A stretch of 32,000 nt of DNA, from the NCBI RefSeq assembly GCF_000009045.1, contig NC_000964.3, positions 900,001-932,000 of the forward strand. The letters are read 5' to 3'. This DNA comes from Bacillus subtilis subsp. subtilis str. 168. GTDB taxonomy: Bacteria; Bacillota; Bacilli; Bacillales; Bacillaceae. Positions 24,633 through 32,000 of this stretch are shown one piece after another (the first letter of the stretch is position 1; each line of letters opens with the position of its first letter). Made by a program: the position numbers and the translations under genes. Below the pieces are notes generated by a model. That model was not told where the DNA came from and did no database searches. It worked only from the letters and a program-made list of their open reading frames with translations.

Positions 24633-25544
24633 TTATACAGTCTTTCGGTCCGCTATCAGCTGTGAGAGTGCAAATTCAAGATCCGAATATGTAAAACGAA
24701 ATCCAGAGGTTATCGCTTTTTTCGGAAGAGCGCGCTGTCCTTTCACAATCAAAAGACTCATTTCACCCAATGCTTTTGATAAAAAGAATTCCGGGACGGG
24801 GAGCCAGTGCGGGCGGTGCTTCACCCGTGCAATCGTTTTTCCGAATTGCTTCATGTCCACAGGATTGGGCGCGGTGACATTCATTGGGCCTGAGATGCCG
24901 GCGTTTTCCACCGCATATCGGATCATCTGGGCCGCATCCTCGACATGAATCCATGACAGCCACTGCCTTCCCGTTCCGATCGTTCCGCCGGCCAGAAACT
25001 TATAGGGGAGAATCATGAGCGGGAGAGCGCCTTTTTCTCCAAGCATCACGCCAAATCTCGCATAAACTGTCCGGATGCCCATCGCTTCAATATGCTGTCC
25101 TTCCTTTTCCCACAGGTGTGCAGTATGGCTGAGAAAATCCTCATCTGACGTTGCAGAATCCTCTGTGAAAGTTTTCTCAAGGCTTGTGCCGTAAATGCCC
25201 ACGGCACTGGCTTGGATCAATGTCTTCGGCTTCTCCTTCTGTTTCTGAATAAGCCGCTGCACTTCACGCGTCGCATTGATACGGCTGGAGAGAATGTGCT
25301 GCTTCGTTTTTTCTGTCCAGCGGCCAAAAATCGATTTTCCCGCAAGATTTATCCAGACATCAATATGAGGAAGTTCCTGCTCCGGTGCGGCTCCTTCCGA
25401 CAGCCATTGGACATATGTCATATTTTTTTGTTCAGTTTCCCTTGCGTTTCTTGATAAAATATAAACATGGTGTCCCTGGCGGGTAAGAACGCCTGTCAGA
25501 TGCTGGCCGAGAAAACCGGTTCCGCCCGTCATTGCGATATTCAT
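24633..25544 (-). CDS. yfhF: NAD-dependent epimerase/dehydratase-family (SDR, YfcH-like) protein
   Basis: Rossmann motif MTGGTGFLG at the N-terminus. I prefer ATG 25544 (303 aa), 8 nt after GGAG. The track ATG 25550 is only 2 nt from that SD. Confidence 0.9.
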   Translation of the reverse strand: MNIAMTGGTGFLGQHLTGVLTRQGHHVYILSRNARETEQKNMTYVQWLSEGAAPEQELPHIDVWINLAGKSIFGRWTEKTKQHILSSRINATREVQRLIQKQKEKPKTLIQASAVGIYGTSLEKTFTEDSATSDEDFLSHTAHLWEKEGQHIEAMGIRTVYARFGVMLGEKGALPLMILPYKFLAGGTIGTGRQWLSWIHVEDAAQMIRYAVENAGISGPMNVTAPNPVDMKQFGKTIARVKHRPHWLPVPEFFLSKALGEMSLLIVKGQRALPKKAITSGFRFTYSDLEFALSQLIADRKTV

Positions 25545-25632
25545 GAACATCTCTCCTCATCGTTCTAATAAATATACTTTACCTCATTGTAATAAAAGAA
25601 AACGCGTTTCAGGCCTGAGAAGGGAGATTAAG

Positions 25633-26427
25633 ATGCCGTTTATTACAAAAATATCAACGCAAAAAAAGAATACGGAACGCTTCAATATTTTTCTGGATGA
25701 TAAATACGCCTTCAGCGTGGACGCGGATGTGCTCGTGAAATTTGAGCTCAAGAAGGGAAAAGAACTCGATGATCTTGACATCATTGAGATTCAATACGGC
25801 GATGAAGTGAAGAAAGGCTTCAACCGTGCGCTTGACTTTTTATCCTATCGAATGCGGTCGACGAAAGAGGTCGAGGATCACTTAAAGAAAAAAGAAACCT
25901 CGCCCCCCGTCATTGCGGAAGTCATCCATAGGCTTAACGATTACAAGTACTTAAACGACCAGGAATTTGCCGCAGCCTATGTCAGCACTCACAAAAAAAC
26001 AAACGGAAAAGGCCCTGATGTTTTGTTCAGAGAGCTAAGAGCGAAGGGAATTGATGACGATACAATTAAGGAGGCGCTAAGTTCCTTTTCCTTTGAAGAT
26101 CAGACAAGAGAAGCGGTCAAGCATGTTGAAAAGCTTCTCAAAAAAGATAAAAAGCTTTCGACGAAAGAACTCAAACAGCGCGCCCAGCTGCAGCTTCAGC
26201 GCAAGGGCTTCTCATTTGATGTTATCAGCGCGGCGATGGATCAGATTGAATATGAAAATGATGAAGACACAGAGAAAGAAGCGCTGCGCCTTCACGCGGA
26301 AAAAGCGTTTAGAAAATACCGCTATGACGGCTCATATGAAAGCGCCATGAAGGTCAAACAATTTTTATTCCGCAAAGGATTCTCACTCGATTTAATCGAG
26401 CAATTACTGCAGGAAGAGGAGTACTGA
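25633..26427 (+). CDS. recX: RecA regulator RecX
   Basis: 264 aa from ATG 25633 after AAGGGAGA. Recognised as B. subtilis RecX (YfhG). The track extension from 25543 has no SD and overlaps the yfhF start. Confidence 0.93.
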   Translation: MPFITKISTQKKNTERFNIFLDDKYAFSVDADVLVKFELKKGKELDDLDIIEIQYGDEVKKGFNRALDFLSYRMRSTKEVEDHLKKKETSPPVIAEVIHRLNDYKYLNDQEFAAAYVSTHKKTNGKGPDVLFRELRAKGIDDDTIKEALSSFSFEDQTREAVKHVEKLLKKDKKLSTKELKQRAQLQLQRKGFSFDVISAAMDQIEYENDEDTEKEALRLHAEKAFRKYRYDGSYESAMKVKQFLFRKGFSLDLIEQLLQEEEY

Positions 26428-26428
26428 A

Positions 26429-26743
26429 ATGGAGAAACGATACAGTCAAATGACACCGCATGAACTCAATACCGAAATCGCATTACTTTCTGAAAAAGCA
26501 AGAAAAGCCGAACAGCATGGAATCATAAACGAACTGGCAGTGCTCGAACGGAAAATTACGATGGCAAAAGCATATTTGCTGAACCCGGAAGATTACTCAC
26601 CGGGAGAAACATATCGTGTGGAAAACACTGAGGACGAGTTTACCATCAGTTATTTAAATGGCGTTTTCGCATGGGGATACAGGACCTCTTCCCCTCAGCA
26701 AGAGGAAGCGCTGCCAATCTCAGTATTGCAAGAAAAAGAATAA
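26429..26743 (+). CDS. yfhH: Conserved protein of unknown function YfhH (DUF1811-type)
   Basis: 104 aa. ATG is 1 nt after the recX stop, and AGGAAGAGGAG lies inside the recX 3' end. Confidence 0.9.
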   Translation: MEKRYSQMTPHELNTEIALLSEKARKAEQHGIINELAVLERKITMAKAYLLNPEDYSPGETYRVENTEDEFTISYLNGVFAWGYRTSSPQQEEALPISVLQEKE

Positions 26744-26753
26744 AGCGTAACAG

Positions 26754-26777
26754 GAGGCTGATGATCAGCCTCTTTTT
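26754..26777 (+). terminator. Rho-independent terminator after recX-yfhH
   Basis: Stem GAGGCTGA (26754-26761) / TCAGCCTC (26765-26772), then TTTTT. Confidence 0.85.
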
Positions 26778-26817
26778 GTTTGCAGCACATTTACACGAAT
26801 TCTTAAAGAAAAAATCA

Positions 26818-26846
26818 TTGAATTCACTTGAAAAATCTTTTAAGAT
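26818..26846 (+). promoter_or_regulatory. Candidate sigma-A promoter for yfhI
   Basis: TTGAAT (26818-26823), 17-nt spacer, TAAGAT (26841-26846). Confidence 0.4.
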
Positions 26847-26885
26847 GAAACTCGTTGTTTTTTAAAATCAAAGGAGGCGATGACG

Positions 26886-28079
26886 TTGAGTATCAAAAAC
26901 CCATCTGTAAAATTTATTATATTTGTTCTTATGATTTGTACATTTTCAATCGGCTATACAGAATACGCGGTGATGGGTATTTTGACGTCGATTGCCAATG
27001 ACTTTCATATACAGGTTTCATCCGCAGGGCTTCTTGTCACGGCTTATGCGGCAAGCGTTTGTTTGACAGGGCCGCTCGTCACCATCATTTCCGTCAAGCT
27101 TCCGAGAAAGCCTGTGCTTCTTGGGCTGATGGCGATATTTATCCTTTCCAACCTGATGAGCGCACTGGCGCCGAATTTTGCGGTATTGGCCATTTCAAGA
27201 ATTTTATCTGCGTCCATTCACGGCGCTTTCTTCGCGATTGCCATGGTATTCGCAAGTGAAATGGTTCCGCCGGAAAAGCGTGCTGCAGCTGCTGCTTCAA
27301 TGAACGGCGGACTGACAGTGGCTCTAATGCTTGGTGTTCCATTCGGCTCTTATCTCGGAGATGTCCTGAATTGGAGAGCGGTGTTTTCCATCATTACGGC
27401 ACTTGGTGTCATCGGATTTTTAGGCCTTATGGCTGCCGTGCCGAACAGAAAACCAAAAGTGATCCCAATGCTTATGAATGAGTGGGGTGTTTTTAAACAC
27501 AAACAAGTGCTGTTTTCCTTCGCGATTACCATTTTAGGCTATTCCGGTGTCTTTATCGCCTACACCTTTATCGAACCCATTTTGAGGCATTCAGCCGGAT
27601 TCAGCACGGTTGGCATTACAGGTGCTCTCTTTGCGTATGGATTGGGAGGCGTTGCCGGGAATTTCTTTGCTGGAAAGGTACCGCTGCCTTTGCTGACTCG
27701 GACGATGATCGGCGTAATGATCGGTTTAATCGGTGTTCTGGCTGTATTTCCTTACATCGCCATTTACCCGGCTGCAGCCATTGTGGCAACGTTCCTATTC
27801 GGGGCATGCGCATTCGGCACGCCGCCTCTTCTGCAAACAAAGGTCATTTCCTCATCTGAGGGCGGCACAACCATTGCCGCAGCTGTCAGCGTATCAGCAT
27901 TTAACCTTGCCAATGCCCTTGGTGCATGGATCGGCGGAATGATTTTAAACGGAACAGGCTCTTATTCCTGGCTGTTTGCAGGAGGTGCGCTTATGACCGC
28001 ATGCGGACTTGTGCTTTCTACCTTCGCACACTTATCAGAAAAGAAGAGCGTCTACGAATATCAAGTCAATAAAGGGTAA
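26886..28079 (+). CDS. yfhI: MFS transporter (DHA1-type, 12 TM)
   Basis: Polytopic MFS sequence. I prefer TTG 26886 (397 aa), 8 nt after GGAGG (26873-26877). The track ATG 26880 is only 2 nt from that SD. Confidence 0.9.
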   Translation: MSIKNPSVKFIIFVLMICTFSIGYTEYAVMGILTSIANDFHIQVSSAGLLVTAYAASVCLTGPLVTIISVKLPRKPVLLGLMAIFILSNLMSALAPNFAVLAISRILSASIHGAFFAIAMVFASEMVPPEKRAAAAASMNGGLTVALMLGVPFGSYLGDVLNWRAVFSIITALGVIGFLGLMAAVPNRKPKVIPMLMNEWGVFKHKQVLFSFAITILGYSGVFIAYTFIEPILRHSAGFSTVGITGALFAYGLGGVAGNFFAGKVPLPLLTRTMIGVMIGLIGVLAVFPYIAIYPAAAIVATFLFGACAFGTPPLLQTKVISSSEGGTTIAAAVSVSAFNLANALGAWIGGMILNGTGSYSWLFAGGALMTACGLVLSTFAHLSEKKSVYEYQVNKG

Positions 28080-28081
28080 AA

Positions 28082-28106
28082 AACAGCTGCAGTGTATGCA
28101 GCTGTT
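28082..28106. terminator. Bidirectional terminator between yfhI and sspK
   Basis: Perfect 10-bp stem AACAGCTGCA (28082-28091) / TGCAGCTGTT (28097-28106), with T-rich flanks on both strands. Confidence 0.9.
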
Positions 28107-28111
28107 CTTCT

Positions 28112-28264
28112 TTACCGTTTGCCTGAGGCTCTCATTCTTTCTTGAGGATGCTGATTGATAGATCCGTCAGCACGCTTTGAAGCATAGTCGTCCTTTGCTC
28201 TCGGTTCACCCTGAAATTTGTTTTCGTTTTCGTAAGGAAATCCTTTTTCTTTATTTCGGACCAT
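28112..28264 (-). CDS. sspK: Minor small acid-soluble spore protein K
   Basis: 50 aa: [53 protein letters not shown] 28264 lies 6 nt after AGGGGGA. The 96-aa track ORF is an unsupported upstream extension. Confidence 0.9.
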
Positions 28265-28388
28265 GTCATATCCCCCTAGGTTCGAGATCAAAAAGTTGCG
28301 TCTTTTCAGATGAAGACGTAAGGTTAGTATATGGAGAACACCACGTAATAAAGCGTTATTTTTTTCCTGAAGAAAGGAGACTGCACAC

Positions 28389-28658
28389 ATGAATATGTAC
28401 ATTGAGAAACTGACTAATCTGCTTCTGGAAAAGAACGAGATGATCAGCTATATACAGGCAAAAACGTGGGTGGAATTGTTATGGAGCGATTTCGAAGCAA
28501 CCTACGCAAAAGCCGGACACGCCTATCAAGGTGAAAAAATGACTGAAAAAATCGTCACACAATGGATTGAAAACTATGGCGGCCAGCTCCACCTTTTTCA
28601 AAGCTCCCGTAACGACGTGAATGATTACTTAAATCAAAGCAGAGGCCTTTTGCATTAA
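28389..28658 (+). CDS. yfhJ: Conserved protein of unknown function YfhJ (WVELL-motif family)
   Basis: 89 aa. ATG follows AAAGGAGA. Contains the WVELLW segment. Confidence 0.88.
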
Positions 28659-28660
28659 AA

Positions 28661-28689
28661 ACCTGCCGTTAACGACCGGCAGGTTTTTT
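28661..28689 (+). terminator. Rho-independent terminator after yfhJ
   Basis: Stem ACCTGCCG (28661-28668) / CGGCAGGT (28677-28684), then TTTTT. Confidence 0.88.
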
Positions 28690-28736
28690 CATTTTCTTAA
28701 AATTACCTTAACAGGAAGAAATCATAAACAAAACAT

Positions 28737-28763
28737 GTTTCACCAGCCTGTCAATCAGGGAAT
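28737..28763 (+). promoter_or_regulatory. Candidate sigma-B promoter for yfhK
   Basis: GTTTCA (28737-28742), 15 nt, GGGAAT (28758-28763). The sigma-B consensus is GTTTAA-N12-15-GGGWAW. Confidence 0.55.
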
Positions 28764-28802
28764 ACCACTTATATCTTGTCAAAATGCGAGGAGGAGCTTT
28801 AT

Positions 28803-29321
28803 ATGAAAAAGAAACAAGTAATGCTCGCTTTAACAGCTGCCGCAGGACTGGGTTTGACAGCACTTCATTCCGCTCCCGCAGCAAAAGCTGCGCCCCTTCA
28901 CGACATATCTGTCAGCATGCCATCATCCGATACTTACATCATAAAAGCAGGAAAGCTGAATGTCCGGACTGAGCCAAATCATGAAGGTGATATTCTCGGC
29001 ACTGTATCATCAGAACAAAAGGTAAAAGTCGATAGGTTCGTAAATGCCGATTGGGCTCAAATTCATTTCAAAGGAAAGAAAGCATATATTTCAACTCACT
29101 TTTTAATGAAAACCGCAAGCCAAGCGAAAACAACGAAACAGACAGCCTTCTATACACCGACGCCCGAAAACGGAAAAGCTAAGCAGCTCTCATCTGGAAC
29201 AGAGGTGACAATACTTGGGTGGGGATTCAGTGAAAACGGCGGATTTGACTTCACTTGGGCGTTCGTGGATTATGGCGGAGTTAAAGGCTATATTCACACA
29301 AAGGATTTACAAATGCGATAA
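28803..29321 (+). CDS. yfhK: Secreted protein with two SH3b-like repeats, YfhK
   Basis: 172 aa from ATG 28803 after GAGGAGG. Signal peptide ends at AAKA-AP. Two segments of SH3_3 type (GKLNVRTEP... and ...GVKGYIHTKDL). Confidence 0.9.
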   Translation: MKKKQVMLALTAAAGLGLTALHSAPAAKAAPLHDISVSMPSSDTYIIKAGKLNVRTEPNHEGDILGTVSSEQKVKVDRFVNADWAQIHFKGKKAYISTHFLMKTASQAKTTKQTAFYTPTPENGKAKQLSSGTEVTILGWGFSENGGFDFTWAFVDYGGVKGYIHTKDLQMR

Positions 29322-29347
29322 AAAGGCAGGCCGAGGCTTGTCTTTTT
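29322..29347 (+). terminator. Rho-independent terminator after yfhK
   Basis: Stem AAGGCAGGC / GCTTGTCTT (two G-U pairs), then TTTTT. Confidence 0.65.
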
Positions 29348-29356
29348 GCCTATGCA

Positions 29357-29382
29357 TGAAACATTTCTTCTTTCTGCACGTA
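29357..29382 (+). promoter_or_regulatory. Sigma-W-type promoter for yfhL-yfhM
   Basis: TGAAAC (29357-29362), exactly 16 nt, CGTA (29379-29382). This matches the sigma-W consensus TGAAAC-N16-CGTA. Confidence 0.75.
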
Positions 29383-29405
29383 ACAATGAGAAAGGAGATG
29401 ATGAT

Positions 29406-29738
29406 ATGACGGGTTTAGTCGGCGGAGGGCTTATGATCATTGCGGGCATACTGATCAAACTGTTTCCTCCCAAATCGATCAACAGTGTGTACGGATACAG
29501 AACGAGACGCTCAATGTCAGATCAAAGATTATGGAATGAAGCGAACCGTTACAGTGCATCATTAATGATCCTGTCAGGCTTGGTGATTGCGGGAATGGGT
29601 TTGCTGCTGGGATCAAACTTGTTTATTCTTCAGCTTATCCTGCTGATTGCCGCCTGTGTCATAACATTTATGCTAACGGAGAAAAGGCTGAAAATCATGA
29701 CGCACAGTCAAGGAGGAGATAGAAGTGGACGGAGTTAA
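29406..29738 (+). CDS. yfhL: SdpI-family small membrane protein YfhL
   Basis: 110 aa from ATG 29406 after AAAGGAG. Three TM segments. The conserved YGYRT motif is typical of SdpI/YhfL-family proteins. Confidence 0.9.
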   Translation: MTGLVGGGLMIIAGILIKLFPPKSINSVYGYRTRRSMSDQRLWNEANRYSASLMILSGLVIAGMGLLLGSNLFILQLILLIAACVITFMLTEKRLKIMTHSQGGDRSGRS

Positions 29739-30585
29739 ATGCCAGTTTGTCAATACGAACGGAATCACGCTTCACGTTGCAGCCGCAGGACGGGAAGATG
29801 GCCCGTTAATTGTCCTGCTCCATGGATTTCCTGAGTTTTGGTACGGCTGGAAAAATCAAATCAAACCGCTTGTTGATGCGGGTTACCGGGTCATTGCTCC
29901 TGATCAGCGGGGCTACAATCTCAGTGACAAACCGGAAGGAATTGATTCGTATCGGATTGATACATTAAGAGATGATATCATCGGGCTTATTACGCAATTC
30001 ACTGATGAAAAAGCAATTGTCATCGGTCATGACTGGGGAGGAGCTGTCGCATGGCATTTGGCTTCCACACGCCCGGAATATCTTGAAAAACTGATCGCGA
30101 TCAATATCCCGCACCCGCACGTCATGAAAACCGTAACGCCGCTTTATCCGCCGCAATGGCTGAAAAGCTCGTATATCGCATACTTCCAGCTGCCCGATAT
30201 ACCGGAGGCATCACTAAGGGAAAATGATTATGATACATTAGACAAAGCGATTGGATTATCCGACCGTCCCGCGCTTTTTACATCCGAGGATGTCAGCAGG
30301 TACAAAGAAGCGTGGAAGCAGCCGGGCGCGCTGACAGCTATGCTGAACTGGTACAGAGCCCTCAGAAAAGGAAGCTTGGCAGAGAAACCCTCTTACGAAA
30401 CAGTACCTTACCGAATGATCTGGGGAATGGAAGACCGCTTTTTGAGCAGAAAGCTTGCGAAAGAGACGGAAAGGCATTGCCCGAATGGACATCTCATCTT
30501 TGTTGATGAAGCTTCCCATTGGATTAACCACGAAAAGCCAGCCATCGTCAATCAGCTGATTTTGGAATATCTTAAGAACCAATAA
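29725..30585 (+). CDS. yfhM: Alpha/beta-fold hydrolase of epoxide-hydrolase type
   Basis: 286 aa. GTG follows AAGGAGGAG and overlaps yfhL by 14 nt. Oxyanion motif HGFPEFWYGW and nucleophile elbow GHDWGG (Asp nucleophile). Confidence 0.92.
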   Translation: MDGVKCQFVNTNGITLHVAAAGREDGPLIVLLHGFPEFWYGWKNQIKPLVDAGYRVIAPDQRGYNLSDKPEGIDSYRIDTLRDDIIGLITQFTDEKAIVIGHDWGGAVAWHLASTRPEYLEKLIAINIPHPHVMKTVTPLYPPQWLKSSYIAYFQLPDIPEASLRENDYDTLDKAIGLSDRPALFTSEDVSRYKEAWKQPGALTAMLNWYRALRKGSLAEKPSYETVPYRMIWGMEDRFLSRKLAKETERHCPNGHLIFVDEASHWINHEKPAIVNQLILEYLKNQ

Positions 30586-30605
30586 GCTAAAATTTCTCTC
30601 CATCC

Positions 30606-30629
30606 GTCTGTCATAATGGCAGACTTTTT
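30606..30629 (+). terminator. Rho-independent terminator after yfhM
   Basis: Stem GTCTGTC (30606-30612) / GGCAGAC (30618-30624), then TTTTT. Confidence 0.7.
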
Positions 30630-30703
30630 CTGTGCGTTTTTTTTCATAGTCTGTTTTAAACATGACAAAATAACATTAAAAATCATGAATGTCACCATAA
30701 AAT

Positions 30704-30729
30704 TGTAACAAAAAACAGGTTTAAACGAC
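30704..30729 (+). promoter_or_regulatory. Sigma-X-type promoter for csbB
   Basis: TGTAAC (30704-30709), 16 nt, CGAC (30726-30729). This matches the ECF sigma-X consensus TGTAAC-N16/17-CGAC. Confidence 0.65.
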
Positions 30730-30745
30730 TTTAAAAAAAGGAATA
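30719..30745 (+). promoter_or_regulatory. Sigma-B-type promoter for csbB, interleaved with the sigma-X promoter
   Basis: Perfect -35 GTTTAA (30719-30724), 14-15 nt, AGGAATA (30739-30745). Confidence 0.6.
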
Positions 30746-30817
30746 GCCTTACTGAAGATTTGTGTAAAACTCCCCTAAGGCAATACTTAAAAAGAATAAT
30801 AAAAAGAAGGTGCCTTA

Positions 30818-31807
30818 ATGAAGCAAGGATTAATCTCGATTATTATCCCGTCTTACAATGAAGGGTATAATGTTAAACTCATTCATGAATCTTTAAAAAA
30901 GGAATTTAAAAACATTCATTATGACTATGAAATATTCTTCATAAACGACGGAAGTGTTGATGACACGCTTCAGCAGATCAAAGACTTGGCAGCGACGTGC
31001 AGCCGGGTAAAATATATATCTTTTTCTCGAAACTTTGGAAAAGAAGCCGCAATTTTGGCGGGCTTTGAGCATGTTCAGGGCGAGGCGGTTATTGTCATGG
31101 ATGCCGATCTGCAGCATCCGACATATTTGCTGAAGGAATTTATCAAAGGCTACGAAGAAGGGTATGACCAAGTCATTGCCCAAAGGAACAGAAAAGGGGA
31201 CAGCTTTGTCCGCTCACTCTTATCATCTATGTATTACAAGTTCATTAATAAAGCGGTGGAAGTCGATTTGCGTGACGGTGTCGGTGACTTCAGATTGTTA
31301 AGCCGCCAAGCTGTGAATGCACTTTTGAAGCTGAGCGAAGGAAACCGCTTCTCAAAAGGCCTTTTTTGCTGGATTGGCTTTGATCAGAAAATTGTATTTT
31401 ATGAAAATGTCGAACGAAAAAACGGCACCTCCAAATGGTCGTTCAGCAGTCTGTTTAACTACGGAATGGACGGCGTCGTTTCATTTAATCATAAGCCGCT
31501 GAGATTATGTTTTTATACAGGCATTTTCATCCTGCTGCTTTCCATCATTTATATCATTGCCACATTCGTTAAAATTCTGACTAACGGTATTTCTGTGCCT
31601 GGGTATTTCACCATTATCTCAGCAGTGTTATTTCTCGGCGGAGTACAGCTGTTAAGTCTTGGAATAATAGGTGAATATATCGGCCGAATCTATTATGAAA
31701 CAAAAAAACGCCCGCATTATTTGATCAAAGAGGCGAATATCCCGAACAAAGACCTGCCTGAAACGAACGAATTAAAAAGCATGCGGCGTCTGACAAAAAT
31801 GCACTGA
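30818..31807 (+). CDS. csbB: GT2-family polyprenyl-phosphate glycosyltransferase CsbB
   Basis: 329 aa. N-terminal GT-A domain (IIIPSYNE, NDGSVDDT, MDADLQH) plus two C-terminal TM helices. Confidence 0.94.
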   Translation: MKQGLISIIIPSYNEGYNVKLIHESLKKEFKNIHYDYEIFFINDGSVDDTLQQIKDLAATCSRVKYISFSRNFGKEAAILAGFEHVQGEAVIVMDADLQHPTYLLKEFIKGYEEGYDQVIAQRNRKGDSFVRSLLSSMYYKFINKAVEVDLRDGVGDFRLLSRQAVNALLKLSEGNRFSKGLFCWIGFDQKIVFYENVERKNGTSKWSFSSLFNYGMDGVVSFNHKPLRLCFYTGIFILLLSIIYIIATFVKILTNGISVPGYFTIISAVLFLGGVQLLSLGIIGEYIGRIYYETKKRPHYLIKEANIPNKDLPETNELKSMRRLTKMH

Positions 31808-31813
31808 AAATAC

Positions 31814-31838
31814 CAAGCGCCATTGGCAGTGCTTTTTT
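31814..31838 (+). terminator. Weak hairpin with T-run after csbB (read-through into yfhO likely)
   Basis: 6-bp stem AAGCGC / GTGCTT with one G-U pair, followed by T7. Confidence 0.45.
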
Positions 31839-31877
31839 TGCGTGTCTATTATCTTAAAAGCAAGACTGGAGAATTCA

Positions 31878-32000
31878 TATGAAAAGAAAACATATCATGA
31901 TCTATGCGGCCAGTTTGCTGGTGTCCGTTCTGGCACACGCTTTTTTTGTGAAAGAATGGGCGGAAGGCAGGTATATGACAGGTCCGGGTGACGGGCTTGC
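31878..32000 (+). CDS. yfhO: YfhO-family membrane glycosyltransferase, 5' fragment truncated by the window end
   Basis: ATG 31878 follows TGGAGA. My translation is MKRKHIMIYAASLLVSVLAHAFFVKEWAEGRYMTGPGDGL, open to the end of the window. Confidence 0.75.

Noticed and set aside
28265-28388. I searched for a sigma-G type promoter (GHATR-N17/18-CATxxTA) upstream of sspK, and noted a CGTCTT/AAGACG hairpin in its leader.
   Set aside because: The best -10-like element (TATACTA, 28330-28324 on the minus strand) has no acceptable -35 at 17-18 nt. I cannot support a call from sequence alone.
1-32000. I scanned for CRISPR repeats, tRNA or rRNA genes, IS or transposase genes, integrases, long direct or inverted repeats and defence-system signatures.
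   Set aside because: I found none by eye. All ORFs longer than 100 aa that are not shadows are accounted for by the genes listed. A computational repeat and covariance-model scan would be needed to exclude small RNAs.

Overview
The window reads as a contiguous, syntenic piece of a Bacillus subtilis 168-type chromosome, the yfiG to yfhO interval. I identified it by recognising the translated proteins (EstB/LipB lipase, MprF, RecX, SspK, CsbB, PadR, LnrJK-LnrLMN and others); no database search was run. I call 35 protein-coding genes, the last truncated by the window end. The coding strand switches often, and most transcription units end in clear rho-independent hairpins. I see no rRNA, tRNA, CRISPR array, IS element or prophage remnant.

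Gene content, in order:
- An uncharacterised sugar-porter / TIM-barrel isomerase / Gfo-Idh-MocA dehydrogenase operon (yfiGHI).
- The LnrJK two-component system with the LnrLMN ABC-2 exporter.
- padR and the secreted lipase estB.
- Three MFS efflux-type pumps, two with adjacent TetR or MarR regulators (yfiS-yfiR, yfiV-yfiU) and one without (yfhI).
- The DinB-family gene yfiT and mprF.
- A Fur-box-flanked siderophore importer without its own ATPase (yfiY, yfiZ-yfhA).
- The PhzF-like yfhB and a Fur-boxed nitroreductase, yfhC.
- Small spore-type proteins: yfhD, sspK, and the 36-aa yfhE, which is absent from the ORF track.
- recX-yfhH.
- A sigma-B/W/X stress block: yfhK, yfhL-yfhM and csbB-yfhO.

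Several ORF-track entries have N-terminal extensions. I re-set those starts using Shine-Dalgarno spacing.

I do not see a convincing wholly new multi-gene system. The items I would follow up first are:
- The substrate-less yfiGHI module.
- A perfectly superimposed pair of divergent promoters, plus a 22-bp palindrome, between yfiS and yfiT.
- A MarR-type palindrome inside an internal promoter between yfiV and yfiU.
- The near-consensus Fur box in front of yfhC, next to the siderophore importer.
- The sigma-W-driven pair of an SdpI-like protein and an epoxide-hydrolase-like protein (yfhL-yfhM).
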